Shown piece after piece: positions 17,916-22,294 of a stretch of DNA of 22,294 bases (its first letter is position 1; the number at the start of each line of letters is the position of its first letter). A model generated the notes under the pieces. That model was not told the DNA's origin and made no database searches. It was given only the letters and a program-made list of their open reading frames with translations. The position numbers and the translations under genes were made by a program. The DNA lies in contig JBHLLO010000047.1 of NCBI GenBank assembly GCA_048885535.1, positions 1 to 22,294 on the forward strand, given 5' to 3'. This DNA is from Candidatus Hermodarchaeota archaeon (GTDB taxonomy: Archaea > Asgardarchaeota > Lokiarchaeia > Sigyniarchaeales > SOKP01).

Positions 17916-18062
17916 TTTTACTCACCTGATTTTCGTTATATTGAAGATCCTTTAGTGATTCTTTAACAAATTCCACAACCTTTAATATTTTCTTTGATGC
18001 TGAATGACATCCTCATTTATCGAGAAAGTAAGCTAATTTTATCTTTCTTGATCTTCTGTCAT
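17916..18062 (-). pseudogene. Internally deleted pseudogene of the 99-aa family
   Basis: ATG 18062 gives MTEDQER* (cf. MTENQERP). In another frame it continues IKLAYFLDK*GCHSASKKILKVVEFVKESLKDLQ (cf. LRLFAVLNEQGCKSASLKILIVVSSAADALKEFE). Confidence 0.75.
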
Positions 18063-18336
18063 TCATACTTTTTTGATTTGTTTCTAAACAGATTTCTAGA
18101 TGAACATATATTTCGTACTTATAATTGTTGTGTTTAGTATGCAAACTAGACCAAAGATTTATTATTATGAATTTCTTTGAAATATATCCATTGAAATCTA
18201 GAAATCGAGCCTTCATAATTTAGAAAGATTAGAAATAAGAAAGATTTGGAAAAAGAAAGAATTAAAATTATTTATACGCCCTTTCACCACACTTCAGTAT
18301 TTTATCAATTTTTTTGTTTTCAGTTATGATTTGAAA

Positions 18337-18353
18337 GATAAAAACTTATATTA
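18337..18353 (+). promoter_or_regulatory. Putative BRE/TATA box for the DUF4062-STAND gene
   Basis: GATAAAAACTTATATTA about 43 nt upstream of ATG 18396; SD-like GATGTGA at 18385-18391. Confidence 0.45.
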
Positions 18354-18395
18354 TGAAGTTGAATTAATCCTTTCATTACATTATGATGTGATCTA

Positions 18396-21300
18396 ATGCT
18401 TAAAATTTTTTTAAGTTCTACCTATCGAGACTTAACAGATGCTCGCTCAAAAATTCTTCAACAGTTAAATTCTGCTTTTAAGGTGGTTGGGATGGAGGAA
18501 TTTATCCCAGATGGTTCTGATTCGCAAGAGGTTTGTATCGGTAATTTAAAAAAAGTGAAAGGAAATGGGATTGTAATTTTTCTAATTTCTCCATATTATG
18601 GTTCCCTCATGGAATCATGTTCGCTTAAAGAAGATTGTAAAGCGGAGTGCCCCATGAAAGGTGACGGTCATATTTCATATACTCATTGTGAGTATAAAAC
18701 AACTATAGCTGAGGGAATTTTGCATCAAACATATCTTGTCGCAAAGGGCTGGGACGCTCCTGATGTAAAGAAGGGGGCTTTGCAATTCAAGGAGGAAATT
18801 GGAAAAGAATATCTCGGGTTTGTTGATATCGAAGATCCTAACTTATTAGGGTTAATTTGCAGTAACTTGGCAACAAAAATTACTGAATGGCATGTGCAAA
18901 ATAAATTAGAGTTCCCTAAATTTGTTGATAGGGAGGAAAAACTTAATGAAATCATTGAAAATATCAACGGGAAAGTCGAAGTATGGGGTGTTGGTGGTGT
19001 GGGAAAAACTGCATTAATAGAAGTAGCCCTTCTTATTCAAAAGTTAAAGGGAAAAAGTATAATTACAATTGGAACACCGAAAACTTATGCAAGTGGTTCT
19101 GGATTTAAGGACTTTAGGGATAAGTCTGAAGAAGCTCAATATATAGCGGATTCACCAGATCAAATTACAATTTATGATGTTATAAATGCCTTAGTTAAGG
19201 TCAAATTAATATCTAATGTCGATGAGGTTATGAAAATGCCTTCCAATGAAAAGATCGCACTCTTATCTAAGATAGTTAGAAGAGAGAAAAATCTGATTCT
19301 ATTTATCGACGACTTTCATTTAGCAACTGAAGAGGTGGTGGAGATAGCAAAATCAGTAGATCATGTTATCCTTTCTTCTCGAAGGAATTCCTATATCGCA
19401 AAAGACATTTATTTAAGTGGCATTGATAAAGAAGAGAGAGAGAATCTGATAAATCTTTTTTCTATAGAGCCACTTCCTAAGGATGTTAAGAATTTGATTG
19501 CTAATATTACCGAGGGTCATCCTGTATCTACTGCAATACTTGTAAAGAATTATCAGAAGATCAACTTTAATAACCTCAAGGGTTTTGATCTTAAGAATGC
19601 TAACCAAGGGCAGATTAATGATTTTTTTAGAAGAGTGATTGAGGAAATATTCTCTTCAAACCCTAATGCATTACAATTGCTTGAAGATCTTTCTGTATTA
19701 AATACGGATTTAGAAACTAATATTGATCGAGAAAGTATTGAAAAAATATATTCCTCTGAAGATGTTTCTAATGATTTTAATGAGTTAATAGACGCGGGGA
19801 TGTTGAAAAAGAAGGAAGGCTCCCATAGCACATATGAATTTTCTTTCAAACATATTCAAGATGCTCTTGAAGATAAAGCATCTGCTGAGAGCCATGAAAA
19901 AGCGATCCTATATTATGAAACAAAAGAGAAACTCATGCAAGACAAATATATGATTGATGACGAGGTAGAGATTCTTTATCACAAAGTAAAATCAAATCCT
20001 ATAGAACAATTAGTGGATGAATTGCTTGAGATAAAAGAAAGACTATATCCTATCCATTATGGGTTCAAGCGTTTAATTCATGTAGGTGAAGAATTAAAGA
20101 CTTCAGTTAATGAAATAGATAAGGCATATATAGATTTGACGCTTGGACTTTTATTCAGAGATTTAAGGCGATTTAAAGAGGCTGAAACCATGTTTTTTAA
20201 CTCATTAAATGTTTATAAAAAGTTAGCAGAGCAGAATCCTGAAGACTATCTACCGGAAGTTGCCTTAACGCAGAATAACCTTGGAGCACTATATTATGAT
20301 TTAAAAAGATTTAAGGAAGCAGAAACGATGTATCTTGATGCTTTAAAGTTAAGAAAGGAGCTAGCAGAAAAGAATCCAGATACATATCTATCTGATTTTG
20401 CTTTAACTCAGAATAACCTTGGAGCTTTATACAATGATTTAAAGAGATTTGAGGAGGCAGAGACTATGTTTCTAGACGCATTAAAGTTAAGAAAGAAGTT
20501 AGCAGAGCAAACTCCCGAAGCATATCTACCCGATCTTGCCATCACGCAGAATAGCCTTGGAACTTTATATACTTATTTAAAGCGGTTTGAGCAGGCAGAA
20601 ACCATGTATCTTGATGCATTAAAACTAGGAATGAAGTTAGCAGAGCAGAATCCTGATGGCTATTTGCCCGATGTTGCTATGACAAAGAATAACCTTGGAG
20701 CTTTATATACTTATTTAAATCGATTTGAGGAGGCAGAGACCATGTATCTTGACACATTAAGCCTAAGAGTGAAGTTAGCAGAACAGAATCCAGAAACCTA
20801 TTTACCTGCTGTCGCTTTAGCTCAAAATAACCTTGGAACTTTATATGTTAATTTAAGGAGGTTTGAGGAGGCAGAAACCATGTATCTTAAAGCATTAAAT
20901 ATAAGAATTAAGTTAGCAGAAAAGAATCCTGATGTATATCTACTCGACATTGCCATGACTCAGAATAACCTTGGAAACTTATATATTTATCTAGAGCGAT
21001 ACCAGGATGCAGAGACCATGTATCTTAACTCATTAAACGCTTTTAAAGAATTAGCAAGTCAAAATCCTGATGCATATCTTTCTAACGTTGCTATGGCTCA
21101 GAATAATCTTGGAGTTTTATATAATGATTTAAATCGGTTTGAGGTGTCAGAGACCATGTATCTAAACTCATTAAATACTTATAAAGAGTTAGCAGAACGG
21201 AGTCCCGATGCCTATCTCCCCGCTCTCGCAGAGACTCAGAATAACCTTGGAAGCTTATATGCTGATTTAAGGCGGTTCAAAGCAGCAGAAACCATATATC

Positions 21301-21653
21301 TCGATGTATTAAACACGAGAATGAAGTTAGCAGATCAAAATCCCGATATATATCTCCCTGCTGTTGCAGATACTCAAAATAATCTTGGAATTTTATACAT
21401 TCAAATGAAAAGATACGAAGAAGCGGAGAATTATTTTAATAACATATTGGATAAATATCCTAATTACGGTTCTGCTTGGTATAATAAAGCGTGTCTTGCA
21501 TCCCTAAAGAATAATAAAGAAAAAGCTTTAGAATATCTTAATAAAGCAATCGATCTTGATCAAACTTATATTGATATGGCAAAATCTGATGAGGACTTTA
21601 ATAATTTACGAGGTTTAGAAGAATTCAAGAAATTATTGGGTGAATTAATTTAA
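18396..21653 (+). CDS. NLR/Avs-like protein: DUF4062 (TIR-like) + STAND P-loop NTPase + TPR sensor
   Basis: KIFLSSTYRDL...R, GMEEF, YGS, ISYTHCEY (DUF4062); FVDREE, Walker A VWGVGGVGKT, Walker B LILFIDD, GHP (GxP); nine 46-aa TPRs plus two canonical TPRs and a YNKAC...DEDFNNLR cap. Confidence 0.92.
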   Translation: MLKIFLSSTYRDLTDARSKILQQLNSAFKVVGMEEFIPDGSDSQEVCIGNLKKVKGNGIVIFLISPYYGSLMESCSLKEDCKAECPMKGDGHISYTHCEYKTTIAEGILHQTYLVAKGWDAPDVKKGALQFKEEIGKEYLGFVDIEDPNLLGLICSNLATKITEWHVQNKLEFPKFVDREEKLNEIIENINGKVEVWGVGGVGKTALIEVALLIQKLKGKSIITIGTPKTYASGSGFKDFRDKSEEAQYIADSPDQITIYDVINALVKVKLISNVDEVMKMPSNEKIALLSKIVRREKNLILFIDDFHLATEEVVEIAKSVDHVILSSRRNSYIAKDIYLSGIDKEERENLINLFSIEPLPKDVKNLIANITEGHPVSTAILVKNYQKINFNNLKGFDLKNANQGQINDFFRRVIEEIFSSNPNALQLLEDLSVLNTDLETNIDRESIEKIYSSEDVSNDFNELIDAGMLKKKEGSHSTYEFSFKHIQDALEDKASAESHEKAILYYETKEKLMQDKYMIDDEVEILYHKVKSNPIEQLVDELLEIKERLYPIHYGFKRLIHVGEELKTSVNEIDKAYIDLTLGLLFRDLRRFKEAETMFFNSLNVYKKLAEQNPEDYLPEVALTQNNLGALYYDLKRFKEAETMYLDALKLRKELAEKNPDTYLSDFALTQNNLGALYNDLKRFEEAETMFLDALKLRKKLAEQTPEAYLPDLAITQNSLGTLYTYLKRFEQAETMYLDALKLGMKLAEQNPDGYLPDVAMTKNNLGALYTYLNRFEEAETMYLDTLSLRVKLAEQNPETYLPAVALAQNNLGTLYVNLRRFEEAETMYLKALNIRIKLAEKNPDVYLLDIAMTQNNLGNLYIYLERYQDAETMYLNSLNAFKELASQNPDAYLSNVAMAQNNLGVLYNDLNRFEVSETMYLNSLNTYKELAERSPDAYLPALAETQNNLGSLYADLRRFKAAETIYLDVLNTRMKLADQNPDIYLPAVADTQNNLGILYIQMKRYEEAENYFNNILDKYPNYGSAWYNKACLASLKNNKEKALEYLNKAIDLDQTYIDMAKSDEDFNNLRGLEEFKKLLGELI
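20121..21362 (+). repeat. Coding tandem repeat, 138-nt period, nine 46-aa TPR units
   Basis: Recurrent CAGAATAACCTTGGA and GCAGA(A/G)ACCATGTATCT at 138-nt spacing. Confidence 0.9.
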
Positions 21654-21685
21654 AGAAGAAATTATAGAGACAAAATTAATGAAAA

Positions 21686-22294
21686 TTAGGTTTTATTTAT
21701 TGGTAAAAATATTTGATTTTTATAAGCTTCATAGACCATGAAATGAGCTTCCTGATCTGAAATATCTATTTCCCGGACGAGTGTTAAAGTGATTTCGGTG
21801 GGATAAAATCCTTCTGGTTTTGACTTAAAATCGTCTAAAATAGATTTAAATGATTCAGGAGCGTCATATTTTTTTAATTGTTCTACATTAATGATGCATT
21901 TCTTATTTATATTCATGTCGAGTCCCGTCTCAATTGCGTCCTTAAAATCATTGAAAACTTGCAGCTCACCATCAAAATTTATTAAATCATTAGCATGTTT
22001 AATTTCATAATCCCTTAAAACTTGTCCACACTGTTGTTTTATTAAATCTCCAAGACTTTGATAAGAAACTAACCCTAATCTAAGGTATTCACCATCCATG
22101 AGGGTTATTGTAAATTCATTATACATAATAGTATTATCTCCGCCTTCACCCCGAACTTGCAGACCCATTTGTTTAGCAAGTTCATTTTTAAAACTTCCTA
22201 TAGCAGATATAAAGCCAGTGAATAAATTTTCGTCTAATCCAATACCACCATGAAGGGCAATTTTAGATAGACATAAGCCTGATTCATTATGTAT
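21686..22294 (-). CDS. 3' part of a longin-like domain protein (5' end outside the window)
   Basis: Frame stays open upstream of the ATG at 22168 to the edge: IHNESGLCL...LDENLFTGFISAIGSFKNEL...IMYNEFTITLMDGEYLRLGLVS...YEIKHANDLINFDGELQVFNDF, the pattern of Asgard longin-like domains. Confidence 0.78.
   Translation of the reverse strand: MHNESGLCLSKIALHGGIGLDENLFTGFISAIGSFKNELAKQMGLQVRGEGGDNTIMYNEFTITLMDGEYLRLGLVSYQSLGDLIKQQCGQVLRDYEIKHANDLINFDGELQVFNDFKDAIETGLDMNINKKCIINVEQLKKYDAPESFKSILDDFKSKPEGFYPTEITLTLVREIDISDQEAHFMVYEAYKNQIFLPINKT

Noticed and set aside
18013-18015. In-frame TGA before Gly-Cys as selenocysteine
   Set aside because: Aligns to Gln/Lys rather than Cys in the intact paralogs, and the copy is also internally deleted; a nonsense mutation is simpler.
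18013-18216. 67-aa ORF as a real gene
   Set aside because: Only its last ~9 codons belong to the pseudogene remnant; the rest looks like chance intergenic sequence.
1367-19849. Short ORFs in the track overlapping long genes (1367, 6164, 14218, 15036, 16302, 16621, 16650, 17781, 18725, 19413, 19553)
   Set aside because: Antisense shadows of well-supported CDSs with no recognisable motifs.
2589-21362. Periodic DNA repeats as CRISPR arrays or DGR template/variable repeats
   Set aside because: Periods of 66, 126 and 138 nt are in-frame protein repeats; no unique spacers, cas genes, reverse transcriptase or adenine-specific variation seen.
1-22294. Mobile element or prophage boundaries for the island
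   Set aside because: No integrase, transposase, tRNA, terminal inverted repeats or att-like direct repeats recognised.

Overview
AT-rich window, most likely from an Asgard archaeon (Lokiarchaeia-like). That assignment is inferred from GGTGA-type Shine-Dalgarno sites, BRE/TATA promoters, oligo-T terminators, a longin-like ORF at the right edge and 'WYxLDxG...FYANDxxGN' Ig-like modules. The window holds a cluster of repeat-sensor/enzyme-effector proteins resembling innate-immune receptors: (1) a 1730-aa cytosolic ~60-LRR + PCI-like + polyPro + TIR protein; (2) SIR2 + 11 TPR; (3) a single-pass receptor with signal peptide, 14 LVIVD blades, 2 Ig-like domains, TM helix and cytoplasmic TIR (Toll/IL-1R-like topology); (4) an NLR/Avs-like DUF4062 + STAND NTPase + TPR protein; and (5) a paralog of (4) lacking effector and NTPase. 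Also present are a multi-TM protein, a redoxin-fold/vWA/beta-sandwich protein and a decaying four-member tandem array of small helical genes. No CRISPR, RNA gene or transposase was recognised. All domain calls are by motif recognition only.
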